Positions 25,537 to 38,439 of a DNA stretch of 64,000 bases are shown here, one piece after another. The DNA is taken from NCBI GenBank assembly GCA_034780895.1, contig JAUZTB010000072.1, positions 8,026,273 through 8,090,272 of the forward strand. Direction: 5' to 3'. Position 1 is the stretch's first letter; the number at the start of each line of letters is the position of its first letter. A program made the position numbers and the translations under genes. The stretch is from Rhynchobatus australiae (taxonomy: Eukaryota). The notes beneath the pieces were generated by a model. It saw only the letters and a program-made list of their open reading frames with translations, did not search any database and was not told the origin of the DNA.

Positions 25537-26518
25537 CAGTTGCTTCTGAATTCTGGTCTTGTCTCTCTTTGGGTATGCACTTGGGTCATTGGAGAGACTG
25601 AAGACAGCTGTTGTTGGGCTTTGGACTTCACTTCCATTGATCTCGTGAACTCCTGGAGAGTAAGAAGTAGATTCAAAATATGTAAAGGACCTAACGCCCA
25701 TTTGAGATAGAGTTCTACCTAGCAATTTGCTTTTACACATTCAGTGTATTTGATTTACTGAATGTGCACTTCTACCCTGTCAATTTGAAGACTAAGGAGG
25801 CTATTTAGCAGCCAACAGACCAGAACAACTACATCAATTTCAAAGCTATCCTTTGTATTGTTTCACTTTGAAATATCAAATCATTTACTTGCTATTTTAA
25901 AAAAACCAAAGAATTGCTTATTTAAATTTACTCTATCTCTTAATAGTTTGCCAGCTGAGAGGGACAGCATGTTATGTAAATTATTAGGTATCCAACAATA
26001 TGATATAAATGTAATGTTATGAACACTATATCCAAGGACATGGTCCAGATGTAAAGAATTGAGCCTCTGGTAGGGGGTTGCAATGGACAGCTTGCATCTC
26101 CAAAATACCTGAGGAATGCCTACACCATTCACTTTAACAAGGGAGAAATCAGCTGCAAGGATTTAAACTTCTGGTCCAAATAGACTGTACCAAGGAAAAT
26201 GGACAAAAAGGGAATGGTTGAAGGAAGTTGCAGAGGTAGAAAGAGTTAAGACCATGGAGTTATTTGAGCCAAGAAAGGATTTTGTCAATTTTATGTACAA
26301 GGAGCCAGCAAAAGTCAATAAGAATCTGGATAATAGTAGAATATTGTGCAAGATGAAATGTGGGTGTCTGATATCTGCTTGAATTGGAGTTGACACGTGC
26401 TGGAGTTTGGAACGGTGTAGGATGAATCAAGTATTGAACTAAAAATTTGGGTTAAGAATTGGGGTTTGGGTATTTCGAGAATATCCAATACTGTATATGG
26501 AAAAGGCAGAAACAATCT

Positions 26519-26582
26519 ACACGTGTGTGTGTGTGTGTCTATATACACACATACGTATATACACACACACACACACACATAC
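26519..26582. repeat. (GT)n/(AC)n inverted dinucleotide microsatellite
   Basis: acacgtgtgtgtgtgtgtgtctatatacacacatacgtatatacacacacacacacacat read directly. Confidence 0.9.
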
Positions 26583-27329
26583 TTGTATAAGAGTTTGCAG
26601 CATTGTCTCGATCAGAGAATCATTGCAAGAGCTGCATTGTGCTCGGGCAATAATTTTAATTTGCATTCACAGGACTAGAACAGGAAAAAGGCGTAACATA
26701 GGACAAATGTAGAGAAAATCCTTGTATATCTTTAGCTGAGGTTGCTTAGTCATTAAGTAAATNNNNNNNNNNAGGGGACATGAGGTATGTGTTGTGCCAT
26801 GAATAGCAGAGCATGCTTAAAAGTCTGTTTTGCTGCTGAATTTTTGTTAACAATTGTTAGCTGCACGTCTAAAGTGGTTTGCTTGTACTGCCAGTTGTGT
26901 GTATGATGTATTTTTCTCTCTTACTTAACCCCATCAACCTCTACCCCACCAACAGGTAGCAACCCTAATATAAATTGGCTGGATTTGCTAAGATTGCTAA
27001 TGAAAAAGATGATTTAAAAGAAATCATCCCTCTTTCCCCCTCTCCTCCTCCCCCACCAGTTTCACTGAACCTGAATTGATTGTCCCTCCCAGCAAGGTTT
27101 ACAAACATCCCTCGAAGGCAAATGCAAATGACCTTTCTCTTACCTGTGAAACTGGATGTAGAAGGGCTATTATAAAATGCTCCAAATTCCAGTTTCCATG
27201 TGCAGCTACAGAACTTAGGCAAATTAATTTGATGTGAAAAATGCAGACGAGATACTCCAATATTTTGCAGGTGTCTTGCACGTATAAACTTCTGAAATCT
27301 GGACTGCATCAGTGCTTTGATTTTGTTCA

Positions 27330-27655
27330 TGGGATATTGGTGATATTAGCAAGGCTAGCATTTATTGTTCATCCCTAAATGCCTCAACTACATTTGTGGA
27401 TCTGAAGTTGTATATAGACCAGATTAGGAATGGATGGCAGATTTCTTTCCCTGGGGTACATTGGTGAACAAGTGGGTTATGTATGGCACTCTTTGAATTG
27501 TCAAAGTTACCAATATTGACAGATAAATCTGGAATAAACAGCTAATTGATTTTTAAGTCTCCATCTCCTGTGGTGGGTTTCATGCTCTTGTCTCCAGGTT
27601 AGAGATCCAGACCTCTGGATGCTAATCCAGTCAAATAACCAGTATGCTACCATAC
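27330..27655 (-). mobile_element. Near-complete tRNA-derived SINE (same family as 2040)
   Basis: caaggctagcatttattgttcatccctaa (tail)...ggcagatttctttccct...ctctggatgctaatccagt...tatgctacc (head). Confidence 0.65.
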
Positions 27656-27872
27656 TAAATAATAAATGATCTTTGATTTGGGAAATGGGGCAATGAGGTT
27701 GAAGTGGAAGCTGATCAGGTCAGGATTCCAATAGTTTTTAGTATGTTGCTCTATCTGTAACTATTCTCATACGCATCATATATGGACAGTTTATCTATAA
27801 AGGTGGGAAAATGTTAATTAGGATGCATGATGCACAGAGTTATGAAGTGTTTTTCTGCAACTCTTTCTGCAG

Positions 27873-27940
27873 CTGCAAAGCCTGAGAAAATTGCCAATCA
27901 CTGTCCACTCTGCCATGAAAATTTCCAACCAGGAGAGGAG
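27873..27940 (+). CDS. CEP104: CEP104 coding exon: (A)AKPEKIANHCPLCHENFQPGEE
   Basis: Matches PAKPEKLANRCPLCHENFSPGEE; ctctttctgcag| acceptor, GAG|gtaaga donor; phase 1 to 0. Confidence 0.97.
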
Positions 27941-28944
27941 GTAAGAAATTGAAAAATGCTGTGGGAATTCCATTCACTTCATTTCAGTGCAGATTTTTCT
28001 CTTTTTACATTGTAGATGAGATGTTGCCTTTTTACACTGTTATAAATACTTTCCCATTTTTTCTGGCTTGTCCTGTTGTCTGTTTTTCTGAAGATTTGTG
28101 AAAATCTGTAATCAGCAGTTAAATTGAGTGCATCAGAACTGAGCCTAATCCATGCACATCCCCTTTTCCAGCATGGAGGTACTAAGCCAAGTTCTGTTTT
28201 ACTTTGTATCTCCCAGCTGAATGAGCTGACCTGACGTGAAATAAGGATTGAATTTAAGTTAAATGGCTAATATGGCTTCATTCTTGCTGCTGGTTAGTCA
28301 TTTAAAAAATTCAAAAAATCAGTCTGATGTTCAGCAATTAACTGGAAAAAGATCCTATTCGCAATCTGCTTCACTACTACATTATCTGGACAGAGAATGA
28401 AATGAAAATACAATAGGTATTATCTGAGCAACCAAATTATTCCACTGTTTTATGGTTTATTGAACCTTTGCCATTGGATGATGCTTGCAAGGTTAAATAG
28501 ATGCAAAGAAATATTTGTGCAGTTTGCTGGATAATGGAGAATCAATTGCAGGTCACTTGCAGAGTTGCCTTTTATCATTGTATGCAGTGTGCAATGTTAC
28601 CTTAATTGTTTGTGTTGACAAGGTTTGTTACTGACTAATGATCCGCTAATTGCTACCTTTTTGCTACTTAAATGCTGTTGATAGCATGTCACTTGAATGA
28701 TTGTAGACTGTTTCAAATGTCTTCCAAAGTCCACAGTTTACAACAAGTAATAAGAAATGCTTTTTGCCACGTTTAGCTACAAGAAACTCATTAATTTGTT
28801 GCCCCAGTGGTGACACTGGCAGCACTTCATTGCTGGAGAAATCAGTAAGGACATAATGGGCCATGCCAGTTGGCTCGGAAACCCAAGGGTGTGAAGCATA
28901 CACATTCCCAATTGCAAAGGGAACCCTCCCACAGGATCTTCTGA

Positions 28945-29356
28945 GATGTCACATCTTACCTGAAGCCCGCTGATGAGTAATGAATTCGCAGGCTGAGACT
29001 TTCCATGGCTGTCATCACAGAGATGTGTTAAATGATGTGGAAAGGCCTTTGTCCATGTTTTCATGCTTCTCATGCCAGGATCTTCATCACAGAATCTTTA
29101 AGCATCTACAGTAGTGCTATCACAAACCTTGCTCCACATTGCAGCATCAGAGAGGTCACCCATGCACTGTACTCACACAGAGATGAGTTTATATATTTTG
29201 GTATTGAACAAAGAACATCTCGGGCATTTGGATTTGTCAGCATTGTTGGCTTCTCGTGAGTACAGCCAGCTATTGGATTGGACTCATGTGCCCTTTAGAG
29301 CTTCACTTAATAACCCAAATCATTTCGTCAACAGGGAAAGTTTCTGCTCCCTCAGT
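28945..29356 (+). mobile_element. Harbinger/PIF (HARBI1-like DDE) transposase relic 1
   Basis: Frameshifted peptides IRRLRLSMAVITEMC, HCSIREVTHALY..EFIYF...RAFGFVSIVGF, DWTHVPFRASLNNPNHFVNRESFCSL, matching the IDCTH...NRKGFHSLN motif. Confidence 0.8.
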
Positions 29357-29357
29357 G

Positions 29358-29600
29358 GATGGTGCAGCAGGTAGTGTTGTTGCCATGCAACTTTGGAGAC
29401 TTGTGTTCAAACATGGTCTCTGTTGCTGTGTGGGGTTTATGTTTCTTCCTGTGAGTGTTGGTTTCCCTGGATGTTCTGGTTTCCCTGCACATTTAAGATA
29501 TATTCTGGTCCGTAGGTTAATTAGAGGTTGTAAATTCTCCCCTAGTGTAGGAGGGTGGTAGGAAAATCAGGGTGACATTGATGCACACGTGAGAAAGGAA
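29358..29600 (+). mobile_element. HE1-like V-SINE truncating Harbinger relic 1
   Basis: ggtgcagcaggtagtgttgttgcc head; tgtgtggggttt...ggtttccctggatgttctggtttccc core; gtaggttaatt...tgtaaattctcccctagtgtagg. Confidence 0.7.
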
Positions 29601-29624
29601 AGGATACAGACAAACAAGGTGTGG

Positions 29625-29840
29625 AATGGAATCGTATAGCATGGAAATGGGCCATTTGGCCCACCACATCCACGTCGACCAATGGCACCATTCGGTATTA
29701 ATCCCATCTTCCAGCACTCTGACCATAGCCTTCTCCGCCTGGGAGATTTAAATGCTTACCTTGACACCTCTTAAATGCTGTCATGCAGTGCATTCAAGGT
29801 ACTCACTGCTCTCTAGGTGAAAAGGTTCCTCTTAGATTCT
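29625..29840 (-). mobile_element. CR1 3' fragment
   Basis: gaatcgtatagcatggaaatgggccatttggcccacc...cattcaaggtactcactgctctctaggtgaaaagg. Confidence 0.65.
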
Positions 29841-30094
29841 CCCCCAGAGTGTTCCTACTATTTTCTGCCTTTATTTCAGATCTTTGGTATGTTGCTTTTG
29901 TATTCGACAAATTCATTGGAAATGAATCTGAGAAGTCTATATATACTGCTGCTCAAAAATTACATCGAGGCAGCACTTGAACGCCGAAGCTCCAGAGGTC
30001 TATTTTAGCACCTCTAGGCAAATACAGGTTATAGCAATTAGCAATTATGGTCAAATTGTGCATTGAAACCAGCATTTCAAACAGTCAACTTCCA

Positions 30095-30351
30095 CCTACC
30101 CCCAGATTCTGCCACATGCCTACGCATCAGGGACAATTTACAGTGAGAGCTGAATCAACATAATTAAGCTAATTAACTAACCAACCCACATGTCTTTGGG
30201 ATGTGAGAGGAAACCGGAGCATCCAGAGCAATCCCATGTGGTCACGGAGAATGTTCAAACTCCACATAGAGAACACCAGAAGTCAGGATTGAACCCACGT
30301 TTGTGGCACTGTGAGGAAGCAGTTTTACCAGCTGCACCACTGTGCTGCCCT
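30095..30351 (-). mobile_element. HE1-like V-SINE
   Basis: atgtctttgggatgtgagaggaaaccggagcatccagagcaatcccatgtggtcacggagaatgttcaaactccaca...caggattgaaccc...ccactgtgctgccc. Confidence 0.8.
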
Positions 30352-31865
30352 GGTTTTCATTCTTTCACCAAAGTAACCCCTTATTTTTACAAGTAAATTA
30401 GCATAATGCTTCTTCACCAGACTACCATTTTCAATGTGGAAAGTTAAAGGAGCTGCAGTTATTTCACTGCTTGTTGTTACTTGAGACTTTGCACAGGAAG
30501 AACTATTGGATTGATGGGGTTATTCTGAGAGTTGTCGTGGATTTGATGGGCCAAATGGCCATCTTCAATATTGTAAGGAAAAATGATAAAACAATGAAAG
30601 TAAGGATTTACACAGATTGCAGTGTTGGAAATGGTTCATTGTGAAAGTTGCTATGGTTTTGATGAAACATTTAATCATATTTTGATGGTTTTAGTGGATG
30701 TGAAAGAGTCGCTGGCACACTTTGTGGAAGAGCAGAATGTGGTTGTGGTCATTTCTTTCAAAATCATATAACTTTATCTGATTACAGTTGATCACTGGCA
30801 GGTTAATGCTCATCCCACAGAAGTTGCAGAATGTAATGTATTCTTTGTGAGTAATGAAAAGAGAATACATCCTGCGTATAAAATGCTAAAGCAGCATCCT
30901 TTTTGGATATACTTTTCACAAATGCTGTGCTATCTATGGGTCTTCCTGTACTGAATTACACTTAATGTTGCATTAGCCAAGGCTCAATGATAACAAACAC
31001 ACCTCTTTAAAACAAAGTTCAAGTCACAGTTGAAAAAGCTGAGCTCAAAATTTAGTTTGGTACTCTGAGACAGTGATGAAATTTTAAATAACTCCCTCAG
31101 ACAAACAGCTACCTTGAAATTCATTTCAACAGTTCTGAAAAATATGCTGATATGTGTTGAACATTCATTTAAACTAGGGATTAGCAAATTTACACAACAT
31201 TTTGGGTTTCCTTGTTCCTGCCAGGAATTCTTCCTAACACTTTGTCCTGGTGTAATCTTTCCACATGACATCAATGTGCAAATTCTTCAACATTGACATT
31301 TTTAGTCACACTGATGTTCACAGAACAACCAGGATTTACTAACCTGTTTCCTCTGAAACTGCATTATTTAAAGGGCTAACATTCAAACTGCATTCTTTGT
31401 GATTTCCTGTGACTTGAGTAACAACCTCCCAAGTATGCTGTGACTGCTATGCTTGCAGAGATTGGTTTTGGTCACCCATAGCTTCCTAACTACAGGATCA
31501 TTCGAGAGTGCTGTGCTGATCTCTCCTGTATCTAACAACTTGCTGCTCACTGCAGCATTAGGGAGGTCACACAAATTCCACAGTCAAGGAGAGAAGACCG
31601 TATCCTTTTTCTTCAGCCCACAGGGACAGGCAGAGTGGGCAGGGACATTGGCCTGGATTGCACGCTTCCCTCAAGTTCAAGCATTCAGAGACTGCACCCG
31701 TATCCTTAAAGAGACCCTGCCAGCAGCACAACTGTCACCCTGCATGGTCTTTGTGGCCTGCTGAAGCACAAAGAGCATGCCTCTCCCATCTCTCTTCCAT
31801 TGTTACATCACTCGTTCAGTGAGTAGTGACACATCTCCATTGCTGGAAGACTGCCGCTGGTATTG

Positions 31866-32640
31866 CAGTATGTGTCTTTCAGAGCTGGGTGCANNNNNNN
31901 NNNNNNNNNNNNNNNNNNNNNNNNNNNNNNNNNNNNNNNNNNNNNNNNNNNNNNNNNNNNNNNNNNNNNNNNNNNNNNNNNNNNNNNNNNNNNGCACTTA
32001 CAGCCTCGGGTTTTCCAAAATTGTTGTCAGTCGTATGTGAAGATCTTTAGAGACACTGACTGGACTCTGGAGATTAAGAATCACCTTAGCACTCCTTGTG
32101 TCAGGTTCTTTCTGAAGGGTACAGCAGATTTACCTTGTCTTGCAATTTGTTGTTCACTGCTGCATCAGGCTCTACTCTCAAACAAATTATTTCACTTGCT
32201 TTGATTTCGATGACGGACAGGTGATAAGTCAAGCACGGATTTGCCGGCGTTGCTGGCTTCCTTGAGTGCTAATAGCCATAGATTCCACTGGTGTGCCCAT
32301 GATACCCAGACCATTTTATGAACAGAGAAAATTTTTACTCCTTTGATGTGTGGGTTATCATGGATCACAAGAATATTTCCTCATGATGAATGTCATATTT
32401 TTGGGAAGCATGCATTCGTCCTGTAGAAGACTGCACTGAATGGACATTTTCAGCAGCAACACTGCTGATGGGATGGATCCTGAGGAACAAGGATGTGCTG
32501 TGCTTCTTTACCTACTCATATCAATGGGCTTTCTAACCACACAATGCAGATACAATGAGAGCCATAAGTCTCCTTAAGTTTCTGTTTCAATCTGGAGAAT
32601 ATTGCAGCAGGTGCTGACTTCATTATCTGCTACTAGCGAC
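31866..32640 (+). mobile_element. Harbinger/PIF transposase relic 2
   Basis: Peptides FSKIVVSRM, GFAGVAGF (32237), AIDSTGVP (32275), MNRENFYSFDVWVIMDHKNI (32318), GSMH and GWIL, in the order expected for HARBI1-type transposases. Confidence 0.72.
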
Positions 32641-33759
32641 AGTAACTTGCCAATTAAAAATAGCACACAGAAATGGAAGGAAATCCAGAGCTTGAGGCAT
32701 TTGGGATACAAGGGACTTCGTTAAGGATCCTGCAAAGTAAAATTCCCTAATACAAAGCAAATCGGTGTTCACATTGCCATTTTTAAACTAACATCAAAAA
32801 TCAGCTGGGAGAGTCCAGATGATGCATAAAATCCCTTCTCATCATGCAGTAATGAGTGATTCCTAGTCAATGGCCTGCTGCAAATTCTGTGTTTTGTGAT
32901 GAATGGCTTCCTGTTAAAGCAATTATGACCCCTGCACAAAATACACTTTCCTCAGAGCAGCTTCACTCTTTGGGTCAAAATGTGGGTTGAGAGTTGGACT
33001 ATTGCTCAGCATTGTAACCACAGCAGGTGTGGGTAATGCAAATAGAAGCATTCTCACTTAATGGCTGGGAAAATGCATTGAAGAACTAACACTTCAAGCC
33101 AACAAAGTCCACAGTCATTCAGCAATGTGATTTCCCTCATGAAACCAAATGAGGTTCATTTTAAACCACTACCGCAGTTGACTTTGTATTTCTGAGTGCA
33201 AGTGGGGCCACAAGACCAGAGTTTCAAAAATTCAAGGACTCTTCACTCTGCTTGCAATCAATGGATCTGATCAGTACAAAGTGATACTCTCCTATGCAAA
33301 GGGAATGTCCCACTAAGGGCTAATGCCCTGTTATTACTGTGCAGCAAAATGTCAGCAGCTGCATGCATTTAAGTTGGGCCCTGTAAGGAACTAAGTGTAT
33401 CCCATTTCATCATGGGTTTCTGGGTGTAAACATCCTGACTGGATTTTGTCCTTGTCTGAATTTGTGGGAAAATTTGGGCATTTATGCTAAAGTCTGCACC
33501 AAAAAGTAAATTTATCTACATACAATTGCAGAGGAGGTCCAAGTCTCCAGGTAGACGTTGTGCATGTAAACCATGTCAAATATTTCTCCATTGAACAAGA
33601 AAATGTTACTTAGATATTTCATCCACCTGATGGATTCTTTATCCTTCACTGAAGGGGTGGTTTTATGATGCCCGAAAGAAAATTGGCCATGTAGAGCATT
33701 TTATTGATTGTGATTACTTTCTGTAGTGCTATGTTACCGATAGTTGTTACTGTAAAGCA

Positions 33760-33860
33760 AAACCAATGCTGGAAAAAGGAAATAAAAAAACAAGCCAGGG
33801 AGACTCTGTGGAGAGAGGAACAGAGTTCCTGTTTCAGGTCAGTGACCTTTCATCCGAATG
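33760..33860 (-). repeat. Penelope pLTR-type short repeat with near-canonical hammerhead core
   Basis: Minus strand reads ttCGGATGA-aAGGTCA-c-TGACCT-GAAAC, one mismatch from CTGATGA, with a perfect stem II. Confidence 0.6.
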
Positions 33861-34064
33861 ACAATAGTGCAGAACTGAGCAGTGCATTACAAGGGCCAAT
33901 GCATTGTTATGGCAGACATGAAGGTGCCTCAGTTTTGCTTGCCAACGTAAGTATACTGAAGATTTACTTAAGAATTCTGCTGTGAACAGATTTTTTTAAT
34001 GCAAGTTGTTGATCTACTATTTTCAATGCTTGTTTCAGCTTTTACAAGATAACCTGAAGTGCAG

Positions 34065-35070
34065 GTAATTGGTTTATTATTATCACATGTACCAACATTG
34101 CAGTGAAAAACTTTGTTTTGCATGCCCTTGATACAGATCATTTCAAAACTTTAGGTACATGAAGTAGTACCAAGGGAAAAGCATAACGGAATGCAAAGTA
34201 TACTGTTACAGTTACAGAGAGTGCAGTGCAAATAGACAATAAGGTACAAAGCCCATGATGAGGTAGATTTTGAAGTCAAGAGTTCATCTTTATCACACAA
34301 GAGGTCCATTCAAGATCCTTAGAGCAGGATGGAAGCTGTCCTTGAGCCTAATGGTGAACATTTTCAAGCTTTTGTGTCTTCTGCCCAAAGGAAGTGGGGA
34401 GAAGAGAGAATGTCTGGGGTGGGAGGGATTCTTGATTACGTTGGCTGCTTTCCCAAGGCAGTAAGAAGTGTAGACAGAGCTCGTGAAGATAAGGCTGGTT
34501 TTCATGATGCACCAAGCTGTGTCCACAACTCTCCAATTTCTTGCGGTCTTGGGCAGAGCATTTGCCATACCAAGCCGTGATGCATCTGGATAGGAAGCGT
34601 TCTATGGTGCATCTATAAAAATTGGTGAGGGTCAATGAGGACTTGCCGAATTTCCTTGCTATTTAGGTATAGATTTTTTTAGATAGTTATTTATTAGTCA
34701 CATGTACATTGAGGCGCAGTGAAATGTATCTTTTTGTATTACTGAGAATGTGCTGGGGCAGCCTGCAAGTGTTGCCACTCTTCCAGTGCCAACATTGAAT
34801 GCTCACAGCTCTTGACCTATATGTCTTTGGAATGTGGGAGGAAACTGGAGCACTCGGAGGAAACCCACACAGACACAGGGAGAAAGTACAAACTCCTTAC
34901 AGCAGCGGGAATTGAACCTGGTCGCTGGCGCTGTAATAGTGTTACACTAACCGCTACACTACAGTGCCACCCCAGAGGAAGTTAAGACACTGATGTGCTT
35001 TCTTGGCAATTGAGTCTGTGGCTGGACCAGGACAAGCTATTTACACCTGGGAACTTGAAGCTCTCAACCA
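34065..35070 (-). mobile_element. Rex1/Babar-like LINE 3' portion, interrupted by a SINE at ~34686-34972
   Basis: Minus-strand peptides LTNFYRCTIERFLSRCITAWYGKCSAQDRKKL and KAANVIKNPSHPRHSLFSPLPLGRRHKSL..RLKDSFHPALRILN; homology resumes after the SINE. Confidence 0.88.
34686..34972 (-). mobile_element. V-SINE with Rex-type tail nested in the Rex-type LINE
   Basis: tRNA-like head (gggtggcactgtagtgtagcggttag...ggttcaattccc on minus), V-domain core, and tail atttcactgcgcctcaatgtacatgtgactaataaa. Confidence 0.8.
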
Positions 35071-37009
35071 TAGTATGATTTTTGTTTCATGTTCCAAGAT
35101 AGCTCAATAGAATAAAAGCTGTTGCAAATTTATTATTGCCACCATAATTTCAGAAGATTTGGAATAAGTACATTTTAATGCTAACTCTAGTTGGTGGAAC
35201 TTGTGAATGTTGAAAAGAAAAGGCATTTGACAGATTGCTAAACCTTGTGTTATAAGGCGAGATCTGCCTCTCTTGTTGCCGTTTAGAGAAAACAATCCTA
35301 TATCAAATCGTTACCAGGGTGAAGCTGAAAAATTATTTTCAAATTAACACGCTGAATGTTATCTTTTGTGATTGTTAGATGTAGCTTTAAAATTGTATGG
35401 CTGATAATGTTTCCTGTAGGCTAGTTTCATTAATGTACTTGACAGCTTATGCCTATATGTAAATCAAGTTTAAAGGTAGACTACCTTCTCATTTGCATTG
35501 TGCACCCAATTAGTTTCCACTAGGAAATTTGGCACTTGGATCTAATATACTTAACACACTTGTGTAGTACTTTTATGGGTCATTAGCAAAATTAATAATG
35601 GTCACTGTTTAAAATCATTACAAGTGACTAATTCACCAAAAGGCCATGAATTCTCGCCCAAAGAGAATTGGGTGTAATATAATTCAAATTTGTTTTCTCA
35701 TTCATTCATCTTGGCTGGTTGTCCAGCTTCCAAATAATAAAGCAGTGTTCAAGTGGTAATGGGATCCACTTCTCGAACAAGTGAACTAATTTCAAGTGAC
35801 GTGCTTGTTCCACAATGATTTGTTTTTCCCGTCTTCAACCATTCCAATCCATTCTGTAAGGAGTATTGATGGGCAGTCTTCTGCCAATGCTGTTGGGTAA
35901 CCCCTCAAATGAGGTTCATGATATTGGTGGTCTTTAACTGTTTTGTTTGAATTGATATGAAAGCAACGAAACTGCATGGCTTGATGCACTGAACTGCAAC
36001 ATATCTCCAAGAACCTGAAATAGAATTATTAAATCTTTGGTGGGTTTTTCACTTGTACATCTTGAAATTGAAATTGCATTCTTTGTAGCTGGTAAGTGGA
36101 AGAATAGTGACACATTAGATAAAACATGGAAAATGTCCTAGGAGAAATATTAGTCTTTCCTGTGCTTCAACTGGAACTTTTCCTTCAATGTTAAAAATTA
36201 TTTTAGCCAGCCAGTGCTATCCTGGTACGTGTTTGGGAATGGTCACAATAGCACTACTCTTCCTGTTCTGATTTTTAACTTCTGTGTTCCTTGTAACTAA
36301 ATCCACACATTACCCCAATGGTTTTATGTTACTGTACTCATGGTGGATACTGATGAATATATTTAGAGCAAGCCACAGATTCTCTGCAGATAAATTTCAC
36401 TGTCAGGCCTTTGCATTAATCCTTTTTGTTTCTGTAATACAGTACACACAATGTTGCATATTGTCAAATTGTCCTCTCTCCAAACTCTGGGCCCAGCTTA
36501 ACGTCACTGAATTCAGAAAATGAGGAGACCATTACTTGGCCCTTTTAGATAAGAATTTATTAAATGAATAAATATTTCCTTGATTTTGTTTTGAATGCAT
36601 CAATTCTTCTTGGAATTAGTTTCTACAGGGGTAGTCTGCTGGTCACTTTTACTCACCAGTTTTTTGAGCAAAATAATTCTTAAGGTTCATTCGACTTTTC
36701 CAAAATACTAAAACCCGAGGTTGTGTTTGAAGTGGATAAATTCAAAGCCAATTAGAATAGGTTTTTCAACGAAATGATAGAAAAAGGGTGTGATTCATTT
36801 GCGTGAAAACTAGATTTCTTTTGAAAAATAATATCAGTAATTTGGGTCACTATATGTGCTGAGTTTTAAAATTAAAATAGAAAATACTGGAAAACTCAGC
36901 AGGTCGGACGGCATCTGTCCTAGGGCAAGTTTGCGGGGAGGCACAAGAATGCATATGTATGAAGATTCTATCCTAAAGTTATTTTGGAGATTCGAGATTC
37001 TATCTTGGT

Positions 37010-38215
37010 CATAAAGTTATGCAGCATTTAATCAGGCCCTTCAACCCAACACAGGCATGCTGACCAAGGTGCCTATCTGAGCTCATCCCATTTGGCTGAG
37101 TTTGACCCATTTCCCTCTGAAGCTTTCCTATCCATGTACCTGTCAAAATGACTTACAGATTTTTTAATTGTCCCTGTCACTACCACTTTATTTCATATAG
37201 CTATTTCCGAGTGTGTGTGTGGGGGGGGTGATTTTTGCCCCTCAAAGATCTATCTCATCTTAAACCTGTGCCCTTTAGTTTTATACCCTCCTACCTTAGA
37301 AAAAAGACTGTGACTGTCCACCTTATCTATGCTGCTCATGATTTATAAACCTCTAAGGTCATCTCACAGGCTCCAGAGGAAATAGCCCCTGCTTATCCAG
37401 TCTCTCCTTGTAATTCAAGCCATTCAGTCCCAGCAATAAATTGATTTTTTTTGCACCCTTGGCTGCCAAGACTGCACACAGTACTTCAAGTACAGTTCCA
37501 CCAATGTCCTAACATATCCTAAGTCGTGTTCAGTGGCCTGACCAATGAAGGTAAACATGCCAAATTCAGCCTTCACCACCCTATCCACCTATTTTGCCAT
37601 GTTCAGGGAACCATGTTCTTGTACCCTGGGGGGGGNNNNNNNNNNNNNNNNNNNNNNNNNNNNNNNNNNNNNNNNNNNNNNNNNNNNNNNNNNNNNNNNN
37701 NNNNNNNNNNNNNNNNNNNNNNNNNNNNNNNNNNNGGCCGGGGGGGGGGGGGGGGGGCGTCTCAGTTCTACAACTCTCCAGGGCTCTGCCATTTACTGTG
37801 TATGTGCTGCTCTGGTTTAACTTGCCAAAATGCATTACTTTGCACTTGTCTGAGTTGCATTTCATCTGCCATTCCTTTGCCCTCTTTCCCAGTTGATTGA
37901 GATTCCGTTGTGATCTTAGGTGACCTTCTTCCCTTTCCATTATACCACCAATTTTGGTCTCATCTGCGGACTTGTTAATCATGCCACCTACATTCTCATC
38001 TATATCATTTGTTATAGATGACAAACAACAAGGGACCCAGCACCAATCCCTGCAGCGTACCACTGGCCACAGGCCTTCAATCTGAAAACCAACCCTCCAC
38101 TACCACCAAGCCAATTTTGTATCTAATTGGCTGGCTCACCCATGTGATCAAACTTTTCTGACCAGCCTCTCATCCGGGACCTTTTCAATGGCCTTGCTGA
38201 AGTCCATCTTGATCT
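37010..38215 (-). mobile_element. Decayed CR1 ORF2 (RT) and 3' tail
   Basis: Minus-strand peptides MDFSKAIEKVPDERLVRKV, NDIDENVGGMINKSADETKIGG, WQMKCNSDKCKVMHFG. Confidence 0.88.
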
Positions 38216-38439
38216 CTCCAAAGAAAGATTCCATCACAGATTTGGGTTTTCTAAGGCATATACTAATGAAGTACAAGACATTCTGCAGTAGCTCCTCTAG
38301 CCATCCATGCTCATAGGTCAAGATCATAGTCCCTCTCAATTTCCTAGCCTCAATCATTCCAGCTATCAGCCATGGATCACACTGCGTATCACCACATTAG
38401 AGAAGTCATGTCCAAACTCTAACTTAGAGGAGAAAAATC

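Noticed and set aside
26905-27020. Branch point, pyrimidine tract and CAG|GT at 26955 as an extra exon or recursive site
   Set aside because: Flanking exons already join in frame with full homology; the read-through hits a stop quickly and the intron is short.
34880-34972. tRNA gene (A/B-box-like sequence)
   Set aside because: It is the tRNA-derived head of a SINE, continuous with the V-domain core.
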